Of a stretch of 64,000 bases of DNA, positions 1 through 13,942 are shown one piece after another. The notes beneath the pieces are model-generated. The model was not told where the DNA came from. It saw only the letters and a program-made list of their open reading frames with translations, and made no database searches. Source of the DNA: Catajapyx aquilonaris (lineage: Eukaryota); NCBI GenBank assembly GCA_000934665.2, contig KZ538186.1, forward strand, positions 1 to 64,000, read 5' to 3'. Position 1 is the first letter of the stretch, and every line of letters begins with the position of its first letter. The position numbers were made by a program, and so were the translations under genes.

Positions 1-1842
1 CCTTTAGATATAAGGCTCCTTTACCGGCCGCCATGTTTACAGGCGTCACGTGACTTGCAGGAGCATACATGTGGGAGACACCGCGATTCCGGCCTTATAG
101 GCTACTTCATGCACCTAGATTACTCTTTACCTCTCGATACACTGGAATTTATTCAGCAGATAAGTATTACAAGAAAATGGATTTTTTATTCATATATAAT
201 TTTTCGACAAAACTGGTTATAAGAGGCTTTATTCCACAAAATATTAACTATTGCTACTCTCAATATCCTGTGAGATATGTAGCTGTAACATCCTGTACAC
301 AGATTTGACCTTTCTCTCATGATTTTACCATATTTCAACTGACCCCAAGGAAGCTGTTATAATCGTCCCCATTGTGTGTTGTCTTGTAGATAGGCTTATT
401 ACTTTTTAACAGGATGTCCATGATTTGGTCATCCATACAGTCAATGTGACCCCACTAAAGAAACCTTTCTCATGATACCCCAAAGGCAATTCAATAACAC
501 CTCTGCCCTCCGCATAATCACTTGATTACTGCCACTCACAAAAGTTGGGAACACACCTTAATTTTGGTTTTTTGCATATAGAAGAGCAAAAAACAAAAAA
601 AGGAGTAAGTGTTGCCTGGCTTAAGAGGCCATACTGGCACACGTACTCTGTGAGTTTCAGCTTCAGGGCCTTCCAAACGTATTTATTATTGACGATGTTA
701 CAACCGACCCCACTCTCCCTTACTTTCAATTGTCATTTATAGAATCAGGAATATTTACAGCTCAACCCAAAAAAGAATTATATAAAAGTGCCCCCATCAG
801 TAGGACCTGCTCTAGGTGCCAAATTTGCAGAAGTGTAACTCTTTATCTGTTCTTAAATTATTAAAAGTTGAGTATAATTTTTAAAGTTTGACAATGAAAT
901 CCATACCATGTCCATAATTTTGTAGATATTTTACAGTATTTGGGCACTACTGCACACTGTTTTCTGAAACTGAAAGTCGAATCTACACCAGCCCAAACTA
1001 GACGGGTGTTCCAGTATATAGTTGAAACGCCTTTAGGGATGCATTCCCAGAAGAGCAGAAAATTCAGTTTTTCATGGTATCGATTATTTAGTTTCCGTTA
1101 TAGGTCTGCAGTAATAAATGCTATCACACAGTTGGAAGCGTGCGGCGGCATCTTGAAAGGACGTCGGAGCATGACTCAACTGCGACATGGGCTACCCCCA
1201 TTGAGTCACGTCATTTAGTGGGAAAGACCTCTCTGAATACTTTTCCGTCATGTTAGTAAGGCACAGTGATTAATTGCTCTCTATAGGTTGATGTGTTTTC
1301 GATGAGGCTCATTTAGGTTGGGGGCTGGCCCCAGGAGGTAGTGTGCAAACTGTGCACAGAATTTGGCTAGTCTTGATCCAGGCTGAATCGAGCTGTGCTG
1401 TAACCCGAAATGACTGTCTGCCACCTTGCCCTTGAACTGTACTGTACAGTGTAAACCAATACCTGCTGGTTTTGTGGTGGACTCAAGTTCGGACTCGTGT
1501 TGACATTATGTCGATGTCGAAAGTTGACGTGGCTTACAGTGGAGTGAGGCTCATGTCAAAATTATAAGGTTGATTTTATCAACGTTACGTTAATGGGCCA
1601 GCAAAGGAGCGTTTATGTGCTTACCTGGTTGCCTCTGGGGAAACGTAGCAAGGTTAGGTTCCTGGGTAGAGTTGGAGTTGATTGATTGATTGCTCAGGCC
1701 TGTAAGGGAGAGTTTGAAGCTGCAACAGGGTAGAAGCCGGTCGGACAACGATATGGTCATTTGAAAACGGCGTGAGAGTTGTATGGAAAATGCACGAGAG
1801 ATGTGTTTTAGGAGTAAAATTGTTTTGGGTCTAATACAGGTA

Positions 1843-2581
1843 CAGGGTGATCGAGAAATAATGTGCGGATTTAAAAACCATATAACGTGAAAACCTGTAG
1901 ATATATCTAAATGATTTAAGTTTTGAAATGCTAAGAAAGGTGTAAAGTTTTGGTCTTACCATAGTTTGTTTCGATAGGAGCTCCATTTGTCGCTCGAAAA
2001 ATGTAAATACGGAAATCGGTGTCGTGCCTAACCCGCTCAGTCATGTCTGGAGTCACCATAGTGATCCTATCCCGTAGGTGCTGGAGATGGCGGATCTTTT
2101 CACCCAATTTTCACCATACATGTATCTCCACAAAAAGTTCATCGGGGTATAAGATCTGGGCTTCTACGGGGGGCTAGGCATGGAGAAACTTCTCATTCAA
2201 GACTTCGTACACTGGGAGGCTGAACAAATGAAACTTTCCTATACTGCAAACCTGCAGTGTAGGAAAGGCAGTATAGGAAAGGCGACTTTTTATGTGCCTT
2301 CGTCAAGAACAATGTGTGTTGTGTCAAGACCTGTCATATGCAGCACCCACGGGATGTGATTGCAACGGTAACTCCAGATATGATTGAACGGGTTTGGCAC
2401 GAGACCGAATACCGCCTTTTAAAATGTGCCGAGTGACAAATAAAGCTCATATTTAAACAAACTAAGCTGAGAGACCAAAACTGTAGACCTTCGCATTTCA
2501 AAACTTAAATCATTAAGATATGTCTACAAGTTTTAGAGTTATAGGGGTTTAAAATCCGCGCATTCTTTTTCGATGACCCTG
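1843..2581. mobile_element. Non-autonomous Tc1/mariner (DD41D/rosa-like) relic
   Basis: TA|CAGGGTGATCGA...TCGATGACCCTG|TA, long imperfect TIRs; decayed PPRSPDL-like remnant on - near 2140-2180. Confidence 0.75.
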
Positions 2582-4220
2582 TATTATTAAAGCTCACGCT
2601 GCTGTATCCCCCCCAATCCACCCCACTTTTGGTGGATGGGGATCGATGGAATTTGCGTATTGTTTTGGCCCGTGTTTTAAAAAAGCAATCTGTTGTTGGT
2701 TGGAGAAGGGATCTTGTTAACGTTAGTTCGCTAAAATTACCAGAGAATTTTCGATTACAATAGTTTTGTTGCTACTTTTGAGCGTGCCGTCATGCACGGT
2801 TGAACCCCTATGTCGCGGTCCGTCACTCTGGCCTCGCCCCCACCCACCAACACAACCTCGCCAGCATGACGTACTTTGTTGACGACATCTCTGTTCGAAT
2901 AATTGAGACTTGACCGGAAATTGTGTGCATACACCTCGGTGTACACATTGCTATTAAATTAATTTATTTTTATTTTAGTTATTTTTTAATTTATAAAAAT
3001 AATCGCGGCCACGCGCGACTCCCTTGGGGGTTGGGAACCACTGCTCTATAGGTAAAGGCTTTATTAGGTTATGTGGGGAGCAATGTTGCTTTAAATGCTG
3101 TTTAGGTGTTTGGTATTGCAGTTTTCGGTACGGTTCTGGGAATTTTTTGGGTGTTCGTGTAATACGACGTTAGATTTTATAAACATATGTGATATGAGGT
3201 GATACAGTATATTGTATTGCCAGTCTAGATAACGAAAGCGGCCACTTAGCTACATTCGGCTTTCATATCTTGTGGTGGGATGACCCTTTTATTACCAACG
3301 TGAAAAAAAACTAAGTTCTCTATAAGCAGCTATACTTCTTGCAGTGGACTGTAGCTGTTGTGGACTTTTAGGCGTTTATAGTTCGCTCGGACAGCTGTCG
3401 CTAGGCACAAAGGACAAGTTTCTAAATTAAAAACTTGGAACCCCACTACGTATACTGCCATTCGTGTACAGCCGTGATTGCCCAAGTTGTGCGGACGTAG
3501 AAAAACGCTCCTTTATCTGCAGTTGGTGCCAGTAAACCACCACCATATCCGTTTACCCTGGACTTCAATGTTGCATATGGCTTGGGAGCACGAAATGATA
3601 TTCGTTTCCTTCCGCATACTTTGAAGTATTTGTAGTCGACTAGGTTAATCACAGTTCAAGCTGTAGCAGCATGCTGCCTCAGAAAATTAAAGTATCTGGA
3701 GCTATCCAGAGAACGTGAATCCAATTATTCCCGAGTCTGAAACGAGATTTGAGCACATAATGCACTTTGAATCAACGGGGTATTCAAAGTCAAGGCCGTA
3801 CTGTATACGTATATTCCACTGCAAGGTGAATGCCTCGATACCGAGTTCGGTGTAATTTACAAGGATGTCAAGGCAAACACGGCTCGTGTGTCTCTTGAAA
3901 TAAACTCAGTTCTGGAGTTGATCCGACGAGTAACCTGATTCCAGGCTTCGCTGGTTATTATGCAACATGATTATTGACTGCCTGCAATATCGTCTCATTT
4001 GCGTGACCGAAGTTAATCGAATGTGTAGTTGGGATCCAATAATACAAGAGTGCTAATTTTAACGCACTGAAGGTCAGCAGGATCAGCCATCATGACAACA
4101 GGCCCGAAAGAATCTTTGCGAGCATCAACCAAATTACTGTGTTAATTTCCTACACTTTATGTGCACTCCGTGTATGAATTGGTTCAGTACTTTGTGTAGG
4201 CCTGCTAGTATACGAAATAT

Positions 4221-4449
4221 ACCGAAGCAGGTTGGCATAGTGGATAGGGCGTCCGACTGCTAATCGGGAGGTCCTAGGTTCAAATCCCGGGGCCGGCAAC
4301 CCTGACCGTGGTTTTCTGTGGTTTTCCACGGTCTTTCTAGGATAATTCCGGGGTCGCTTCCGTATAATAGGCCACAGCCGCTTCCTTCCTTCCCTATCCT
4401 TGGAGGTTGAAAGGCAATGCTGGGCCAACCTCCTTAATATCAATTATAA
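4221..4449 (+). mobile_element. tRNA-derived SINE, family A
   Basis: A box TGGCATAGTGG, B box GGTTCAAATCC; TSD AGTATACGAAATAT (4207-4220, 4450-4463); second copy at 42217. Confidence 0.9.
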
Positions 4450-4979
4450 AGTATACGAAATATGAAGCGCGATGCTGATTTTCCTCGAAGGCCAATCCAC
4501 TTTGTATGAGAAGACATTAGCGTGCTCTGCTGGGTCACTCAATTATTACTTGCCTTACACTAAGTAACGGAGTGGGTACTTAATTAGACGTAAGTGAGGA
4601 GTGCACTGGCCAAATTAAAATCCGGCTCCAAGCAATGGGCAGTTTGAGCAATAGAGATGCCTGCATCCGGATAAGATAATCAGGAGCAGAGGTGTTAGCG
4701 TCTAAAATTCGGTTGTATTTAACATGGTTCATGCGACGCACAGGAGTTTGTGCCACGAAAACAATATATTTGTGCCAAATTTTCATTACATTCGCTTCCT
4801 GATTTGGGTAGCAGGACACGTATAAGATGCGGGTCTCCATGACAACGTGACGGGCAGTTTCCTGATCCGTCATCATCCATGCTAAGGGCAATCTGGGACA
4901 ATTTGTCATCAGGCCCTTCCGTTTAGGTGGGGACCTCCGGGAGAAAAAGTCAACCTTGCCCTGAAGGTGTACTGTAATT

Positions 4980-5395
4980 AGAGCGCATGACGTCATCCAC
5001 GTCTAAACGGAAGGTGTCTGGACTTGGTGGTGGCGCTGGCTGCCGGGAAAGCTGTCTATCGATCTATTGTAGACTATGGTGCTGGTGGTACGGGGGAGGG
5101 CGGAGGCTATAGGCTCAGGGGAGGGACAGTGTTGCGGGGGGGGGGGGGGNGGGGGGGGGGAGGACCCCCACATCCCCTACCCTTCCCCAACTCTACGATC
5201 AATGGAAGAAGAGAAGGCGTAACGTCATCGCAGACGACAGAGGCTTTTGCTGTAGGTTGCTGGTTGTTTCTTCTCTGGCAAGCTTAATCTTCCGGGCAAC
5301 GTGCGTAGCCGAAGCCACACCCTTGACCTCGTGGTGCGTGGGGCGGGAAAGGTAGTCTGCGTCGCTTGCGTACCGTGAGGATCCACTCGGTGAGT
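4980..5395 (+). promoter_or_regulatory. Candidate SNAP-25 promoter and non-coding first exon
   Basis: Palindromic CRE TGACGTCA 4988-4995, CRE-like TAACGTCA near 5220, G-tract, GC/CpG-rich, strong donor CG|gtgagt at 5389/5390. The first coding exon has an acceptor, so an upstream exon must exist. Confidence 0.5.
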
Positions 5396-8300
5396 AAAGG
5401 AGCTGGACTCACTAGGGGCTAGAGAGTCACGCAGACGGAAGCAATCACGGTGTCACCTTGCCCTTGTCCAAAAATTTGGGGTCGTCTCTCGATTCGATTT
5501 GAGGTCTCCGTGACTCCTAGTTCATTGGGGTTTAACCTTAATTTGCGGTTTCAGATTGTGTAAGATTGTGCCTGCGTAAAAGGGCGGCCGTACATGGGTC
5601 GTTGTAATTTTATGAGTGCTCTCTGTGCCTAATTGTATGATCAAATTTTTATGCAATAAGTGGGCGTCGACGGAGATGGTTTTGCCGACTTTTCATTTCG
5701 TTAGCACCTCGGGGAATAACGGGGAATATTGGTACTGGTTACATTGTGGATGGAAATAATGAGGGATGCAGCGTTTGTGCATCTACCCGGGAAAATTGAG
5801 TTTTTTTTTTTTTTGGTGCTTAGGAGAGGCGTGGCGTTGACATCGAATATACGGTCGGTTTTGCCGGCTTGCAATGACGGCAGCCGATAACCTGCATATC
5901 CGTCGTAATAAATGTCAGTAGTTGGGAGATTACTTTTATAAAATGAAACAACGTAATACTCGCTGGCTAGGGACGTCACGGGGGTGTTCACGTACATTTT
6001 TATTGTGTATTTAATGCTGAATCAAAATTACTGCAAATTAAAAGAGCGTAATGCCTTCTTCGTTTATGGTCTTTCATCTACTTGATTACGTACAACGAGC
6101 ATTAGCAGATCCGGCCCTTATTGGTTACTTATAGGATAAACTCTTGGGATTTTGCTCAAATAGCAAACTTTCATCTAATATGTTGTGCAGTGACACGCCT
6201 TCATAAGGCGTGAACTGGATGGAAGGCTCTGGAAAACCGGATATTCCGCCTATTTTTATTTAATTTTGGCGCAATATTGAATTTGAAAAGATATTGGATC
6301 TGTGTCTTTCCCTCTCTAAAAGCTGGATATACGGTTTTCAATAGATGCTGGGCTCCATTGTAGTCGCTTTTGTACAAAAAAAAACCCCGGTGAAAGTGTT
6401 CAGTAGGCGTTACTCTGCTGCAATAAAAAGTCATTTAAACTAAGGATCCGTCACTCAACATTCAGCATCAATAATATTCTTGAAGTGTCTTGGCGATATT
6501 GAGGAACAAACATGACATAATCCAAGAGGAGTCCAATAATAATTGAAGTGTAATTATAACTGTACTTCATATTGGTAATAATTGATTGTCACAGTTGTTG
6601 GTAATTGTAATATGTTAATTAAATGCGCTCTTTACACACATTAACTGAAGTAGATAGGCCTAATGTCAGAATTACGAGTGGCACACCATTTCACTGTGTT
6701 ACATGTCTCACCGATTTACGGGCTTCAAATTTACTCTTTTATTCAAGCGCAGCTTTAAACCATTACGACATAATGTTATAATATTCAAAATTAATTAGCC
6801 CCAAAATGGATTGCAAAAAACGGGTGCGGTCTACTGGCAACCCTCCTGGCCGTGTGTGATGAAATAAGTTTGAATCGCCAGTCTAATCCATCGTCATTTT
6901 TCCTAGGAGAAGAATCGTAATTAGGTGTATCTGTATAATCATGTAATTGGTGCAAAAATTGGAATAGTTTCGCATGGCCAGAAGATTGGTGACTTGAAAA
7001 CTCATTAACATAATTGCGATGTGGCAGCCAAAGGAACGGTTTGTTAACGGAGATATTGCTTCTGGCCTAATTATTATTTTCCATAACAAGTGGTATATAT
7101 AGGACCAAAATATAGCTATGCGATCGCGGAGCCGTCGATGGGTCACACACCATAGCCCCAGTGCAACCTGCAGCATCGTGTCTTCAGGCGCTTGTATACA
7201 GTCGTCGTCTTCATTAATGGATATGTGCATGTGGCGTTTTGTCCCGAGGTATTTTTGATCCTCAATTGTTTCATGAATCAGAGAAACAATGGATTCAATT
7301 AGTGCTCNNNNCCCCCCCCCCCCCCCCCCAACCTTCACCTTTTCGAGCACGACGAAGTGCGCAGTTTGATATCAGTCTGCTGCATATTTCATGAATGTAT
7401 CGAGTTTGCTGGAAATAGTGCTGATTCCATTGGCGAGGAATTATTACAGACCGGGGATTTCCGTTCGCACAAAGGCGTAATGGGTAATAAAGCGTAGGTA
7501 ATCTGATATCCACCGTGTTTACAATGTAATTCTTTGTCGTTCGCCATAAAATGTACGGAGATAGATTATTCTGCACCGCGTGTGGTAACGCAGCGACAAT
7601 AACGACACCATCAGGCATAGTAAGCAAATTCAGTAATGTGATTGTGTCAACGTATAAAGTGTATTTTATGTAACAACCGCACGCAAGCTGCGAAGTCAAA
7701 GGGAGGAACTAATGGACTTAAATTACACTAGACTCCTGGAGAGTCGAGTGCTATTGAGATATACGAACTATTTGTTTTTGTCGGCGTGGAAAACTTGTTA
7801 GTAGCTTTGTTGGCCACTTTGCGGCCGGTTTTGAACAGTGAGCCATGCCAGGGCAAGCAAAGCAGGTAACCGCTTTGATTCGTGGAATCTGATGTTGGAC
7901 AAGGTTTCATTACCGCTGTATAATTTGTATGGAAATTATGCGCAGCAACGGTACTGCTCGGCTCTACTCGACACGTGTCATACTGCCATAGGTAGTTTTG
8001 TAGGCCGCGGGACACGACGGGTATTGTTGCCACTAATTGGCATAGAATTGAGTCTAGTCCTTAGGGGAGGGGGGGGGGGGATTTCATGCATTGAGCTAGG
8101 GGATTTCAAGTTGGAATTGCAGTGTGACGCCAGCACTTCGATCGTCTGCGCTGTACACCACCAACTATCACATGTGCTCTCATTACTGTTATATAACTTG
8201 GGGGCCTGGAAGCATTATTAAATCAATGTTTGCCCCGAGGATACAGAATTACCCATTTCGCTACTGCTACTTCGGTTCATTGCGCTTTAAAAAGTGTTAA

Positions 8301-10028
8301 TTATGGATGCCAGGTAATCTCAGGAAGTCCACGTGCGGGGTTGTATTGAAAAGTGCGCAGTAGACGTTGGAGATTTTATCAGGGATGTTTTAGGGTCACG
8401 ACATTTTTTTTTTCCACCTCCTAATACACCTGAATGACGATTGCGTGCTGGCAGAATTGAGGGCGGGGTCGTGTCTTTGCGGTACAGTTCAGTTCATCGG
8501 GTTAATTATTCTTGGCAGCTCAGGCTGGAATCAAATGCGATTATGGCGACATTTCTGCAAGGGCTAATTTTATGTGTGTGTTTTCATTACGGGTACAAGT
8601 GTATGCGAATTTGTTCGCGTCATTCATTCCAGGCGAATGTCCATTATTTATTTCATGTTATTCGACGATGCAAATTATGACACATTGATTTGATGCGAAG
8701 CGAACGATTCTATTGTGCCGAATCCCTGAAGTATATATTATGAAATATGAGCCACTTTGGGCCTGTGAATGCCAGTTATTTTCTGGAAATGTGGTACAAA
8801 ATTATTTAAATTACGTCGTGATGTATATCTCAAAGTATCGGTTATGCCATATTATTGAGAAACAGTTCTCTTCGAAAGTATTGTATGGCATAGTTTGTGA
8901 AGTAATCTGTTGAACTGCTGCGTAATGGGACAAATTCCGCCCGTTCAATCTGTGGACTCCGGTTAGAATTCCGGAGGCGGGAGCATTTCGGAGTTTGATC
9001 TTGATTGCTGATCGGGAATAGCTTATCTGGCTTACAGGACGGAAACACACGAATCCGTTCATGCTGGCAGAAAACCCGGCCAAGAGAAGCAGAATTCTCA
9101 TTCCCTATCTGACTCACCCTGCCTGAATAAAAAAAAAATAGTTGGAAAATACACTCCTCTCCGCTTCCATGCACACTGCAGCCAAAATAGGGGTAACGAA
9201 TGGCTATACAACGCTGTTTCTGGAGGGGATTATACGCTAATGCACTTTCGCCGCCATTATGTGGCAAAGAGGCGAAAATAGTCCGGAACTGAATTAATTA
9301 CCGCTCGGTCCTGAAGTAGGCAAAAATCCCACGTAACCCTCACGACCCTAAAACTGGAGAGGAACGGTGTATCTTGGAAATCCAGTGTGCCCAGCGAGGC
9401 AGTCATATATGCATAAAGCGTGGCCAGTGAGGCTCGCAAGTTTTATGAGCCACTAAAGAGAATTTAGGAGCGTGGTCTTTCCGATTGATTGCTGTCCGAA
9501 GCGCTTTTGCTAGAGCCTATATGCACCGGAGGCAGGAAAACGATGGACCTCTTCTGGAAGCTGATCGGGGAAGGGCCTAGGCTAGCAATATTCGGCCGCT
9601 TCAAATGCCCAAATTCAGTTCCAACCTGGAAGCGCTAGGAACAAAGTTATGGGGGGATGGTAGACTGCCTAAGGGTAAAGGTTACATCAAGGTAATACCG
9701 TCCGCCCTCGGTCATGTTTCAAGTTCGATGACAACGTCGGAAATGGCACGTAGTTATTAATGAGTATAATGACTAGAGAACGGGTTTCTATAGGCTTTTA
9801 CCTACTTTTTAATTTTGTATGCAGAACACTGAAAACCAAATATGTATCCGTTTCATAAGACAAGGACCTCAAGAATCGTAGTTTTATAGACTCTCAAAAT
9901 GCCTATTTCGACCTTTTTGACGCCGCGCCGTTTTGTAAGATTTTCGTTCAAGGAATCCCTCCCACTTCAACCTGTGACGAGCGAAGAAGCGGTTGATGTG
10001 TATAGGATCCCGGGTAATAAGCCTTTAA

Positions 10029-10443
10029 GGGGTCGTCCATATACCACGTGACAGTTTTGGGGGGAGGGGGGGGTCGGCGAAAATTCATGTGGTATCTCTG
10101 AACACAGTGAAGTGGCACATATGGGAGCTTTTGCAGATGCACATGGGTTCAAAATAACCTAAAACTCGAAATCAGCGACCCCGAAAACATGGGGAGACAT
10201 GTTTTTTACGTCCTTAAACAGTTTAGGTGAGGAGCTATCAATTTCGATCGCGTTTTTTCTGATAACATTGACATTTTAAAAAAAACACGTGAAAAAGGGG
10301 GGGGGNNNNNNNNNNNNNNNNNNNNNNNNNNNNNNNNNNNNNNNNNNNNNNNNNNNNNNNNNNNNNNNNNNNNNNNNNNNNNNNNNNGGGGGGGGGGGTC
10401 AAAAAGTGCCCGAAAATCGGTCACGTGGTTTATGGACGACCCC
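10029..10443. mobile_element. PIF/Harbinger-type MITE (contains an N gap)
   Basis: TIR GGGGTCGTCCATA.ACCACGTGAC, TAA on both flanks. Confidence 0.8.
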
Positions 10444-10773
10444 TAACCGGTATTGCGACTCGAAAGAACGGTTATTAATAGCCGTTAAATAATCTGCTAC
10501 ATTCGGCCCGACGGCTATTGTATTGGCCGTATTGGCTCCCTGTGAGGGAGGATCTTCTAACTGTCGCCGAATAACTGTGATTAACCAACGAAAATATGGA
10601 ATAACTGCTAGTTTGTTGCTGTGCTGCAAAATTCCATGGCCAAAAGTAGGCTGTGGAAATTTTAATTTAATTATTAAAATAAATTAGAACCAGCTTGATT
10701 TTTTTACCGCCTATTAAGAGCCTATTTTGACTGTTTTCAGGGCCTAAATACCTACCTATTTGAGGCTTTTTAA

Positions 10774-11055
10774 CCCTGGAACCGTGCCGTGGGGTCTTTT
10801 TGGACCCCAAGGAATTAAAATTGATTAAAATGATGATTACAATGAACCTTTGCCAATTTTTTACGGTATATAACAGGAAGTGCATGTTGATTTTGAATTA
10901 GCGATCATTTTAGGCATTGTTCAAAGAATGATTGCATATAGTCAATACATTGAAAAGTATTATATAAAAACTAATAAAAATTAAAATATGGATGGGGTCC
11001 GAAAAGACCCCACGGCACGGTTGCCGTAACTTTCAGGCACGGTACGGTTCCAGGG
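10774..11055. mobile_element. piggyBac-like MITE
   Basis: TTAA|CCCTGGAACCGT...ACGGTTCCAGGG|TTAC; subterminal inverted GTGCCGTGGGGTCTTTT. Confidence 0.7.
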
Positions 11056-12002
11056 TTACGAACCTAGAAATCCGTTCCTTATTAATGACAAAATAATGCT
11101 AACTTTAGGATATGACGTGAAAACTTGAGCTACATTAAGGTCAGTCAAATGAAGCATTAATAGGATGTTTTGAATAAATATTAGGAGTTGATTTGGATTA
11201 GTTGTCACTATGACGATAGATCCTCCAGTAGATACAAGAGAGCTGAATGTGGCGAATGCAGTTTTTGCACGAAGGCCCTTTCCTTCTCCAATGGCGTGTC
11301 CATTGAGCGGAATGAATTGTGATAGACGCTGGCAATTACCCAGTTCGATAACGCTGACCGCCAAAGTGATTTCAGAGCACTTTGTGCACCTCATTTCTAG
11401 TAGGAATCTTTTCAGAGTCGAATCGAGTCATGAAGCGAACCTAATCACTTGGGACCAGAATGGAGCAAAAGGCCTGCTTGATGGAGGAGAGAGAGATAGA
11501 GAGAGGGGGGAGGGAGGGGGGTGTATGGTGGCGGAGATAACGTTGCTTGGGCGCAACTGGGATATGAAAGGCCGCAGATGTCATTATAAAGACAGCGGAG
11601 ACAAGGTGTTCAGATCGATGGTTTGTTCCGTTGTGGATGCAACTCTGGGCTCGATTTGGCGTTTTGTGCCAAGAATGGCGCCAGTTCGTACTGGATTCTT
11701 GGATCGATGCATGCTGGAGTTGCCAGCTGCCACCTGAATTACTGTAATATACCCATTGATCGAATGCATAATTCACAGGCATGACTGACTTGTTCCCTTT
11801 TTCGCCACGCTGTTGACATACTTTGGGTGGGCCTAACTGAGGTGAATTTTGCAAAGGATGTGACTTTTATGATTGTAGAGAGTTTAGTGGGGGATCGTAT
11901 TCAACTTTCCAAGTCATGCAAACCAGTCGGTGAATGCCCCTGAAGTGGCATAATGCACTATAGATGTGCTTGCGTTATTCAGAAGTGCTAACAGATTCAG
12001 TG

Positions 12003-12151
12003 TACTGTGAGGAAAACGCAACGACGATCTGACGTCATCGTCACACCACAATATGTGTAAACAGTGTCAACAAAAAGATCATTGTTTACTCCTATTGTTG
12101 CATGAGAACAAAATGATGACGTCAGATCGTCGTTTCGTTTTCCGCACTGTA
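12003..12151. repeat. Short inverted repeat / MITE
   Basis: GGAAAACGCAACGACGATCTGACGTCATC versus GATGACGTCAGATCGTCGTTTCGTTTTCC. Confidence 0.65.
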
Positions 12152-13590
12152 ATATTATTGATAGTCCTATGCAAGGCCCATGATGATGTATTGGCGGGAC
12201 TTATGCACCCTATAGGTCGCATCCCTGGCGAGAAGGTACAGAACCAGTTATTAGGAATGAATAATTATTGCACGAATATTAAAAGTAACCGGGGAGGGAC
12301 TGCTGCTTGGCGTGTCATTCAGATCATTCTGTATGGCGCAAAGAATCCTGCAGAACATCAGTTCGGAATTGATTGGTTTTCGTATGGAAAATTATGGAAT
12401 TTTGCCCTGGAGCTGATTTGCATGTCGAATCACTTTGCATTTGTTAGTGATCAACTTGATGAAAATGTAGTAGAAGCGGCCTTCAAATTTTCAATTGTAA
12501 TTTTTTTTTGCAATTTTAAATGACAAAGCTCACCCCCGTTTTTCGCCTACGTTCATTCTTGAATATGGTCGGTTGGAATTATGAATCCCCCCTTTTCAAA
12601 TGGGGAAGTAGCCTTCATTTTGGAAACTACATAATAAATTCGCCCATATTTTTTGGATTTTTTTGGCATATTCCGTTTTAAGATATCAGTTTCAGTTCCG
12701 GAGTAATTGGGGTTTTTATGTAGGGAAATGGTGACGTCACTGTTTCCCTAGAAAATGTTGACGTCACGCGAAGTGAAATGAACGCAAAAATGGTGTTATA
12801 GAACGCGCCCCGTCATTGTTGTAAAATGCTTCGCTGTTGTTAGCAACCGTCCCATTCCGTGAGCAAGATAGCGGCCGGGGCGCGTATTTATTCCAGGCCG
12901 CTCAAATCGCTTCTGGGCTGACAGTGGTGCCAACTGGTAGGAATTATCTGTCACCCGAATTCGGCACAAGAAGATCCCTTTTCTCCACCTCGATGGCCTA
13001 CAGCCGCCTTGCGAATGCTTTCCGTCGTGTCCGCGGTTAATTCAAAGTCAAATTCCTCATATCTCGCAGTCAACCAGGCATTTCAGAGTACCCTTTCGAT
13101 TGGCACCACCCGGCTGCCCCGTTTTTCCCGCCAATTTTGAAGGCACTTTTAAATGTGCCGTAATTTATCCAGTAATGTCATTTTGATGCAACAAAGTGAT
13201 GGAATGCATGTTTACAGGCATGGGCTAGCTAGTTATGAACAAAAATCCCAAATCCCAGACCAAGGCTACTTCCCCATTGTAGGTGCTTTTTGATGAATCT
13301 GAGCATCTACGAAACTGTACAAATAAATCATTATACTTTTTATCTTGGCAGGATGCAAAAATTTTAAAAATCACATTTGAACTAAGTTCAAGACATAACC
13401 TGACATAACAAGACCTGAAAATGTGCAAGATGCACTGCGATAGTATTTCTCTGCCCTCAGTTTGTCAAATTGAGCCTCTTGTTTTTTTAAGCAGGCTCCT
13501 TAGTACAGCTAGGCGATATTGATTATTGAGAATATACTGTAGCTTCGTCTGATTGACAAAAGTTGTTGTATCGGCCCACTTCATTATATA

Positions 13591-13942
13591 CAGGATGGTC
13601 CTATTAAATTGCCCGTTTCAGTTAGGCTGCATATTTTAAAGAATTTACTTCTCCATAGATACTTTTAGTGCTTATCAAAAGTATTAACTGCTGATATAGG
13701 TGTGGACCCATCATTTTAAAACCCTGCAAAGAGGTTGTGGCCTGCAAAAATATGTTAGATCATGGATGTTTCAATGGGCTATTCCCAATCGAACATTTAT
13801 TGCAAATAGTAACTTTGATAAATGATTCAATTCGCCCTAATATTGGTAGATAATTTTTACCCACTAAAAGTAACTGCTTAAAATAAGCAGCTTATGTCCA
13901 AAAATCGCTAACAAACTCATAATTCAATATTGGAACACCCTG
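13591..13942. mobile_element. Degenerate Tc1/mariner-type MITE
   Basis: TA|CAGGATGGTCCTATTAAATT...AATATTGGAACACCCTG|TA. Confidence 0.5.

Noticed and set aside
300..545. Coding-like composition on the minus strand
   Set aside because: Stops in all frames read and no family recognised; possibly a decayed TE.
4221..4300. tRNA gene-like sequences here and at 42217, 42900, 45348, 50320 and 56916
   Set aside because: They continue into SINE bodies with tails and TSDs, so they are SINE heads and not tRNA genes.
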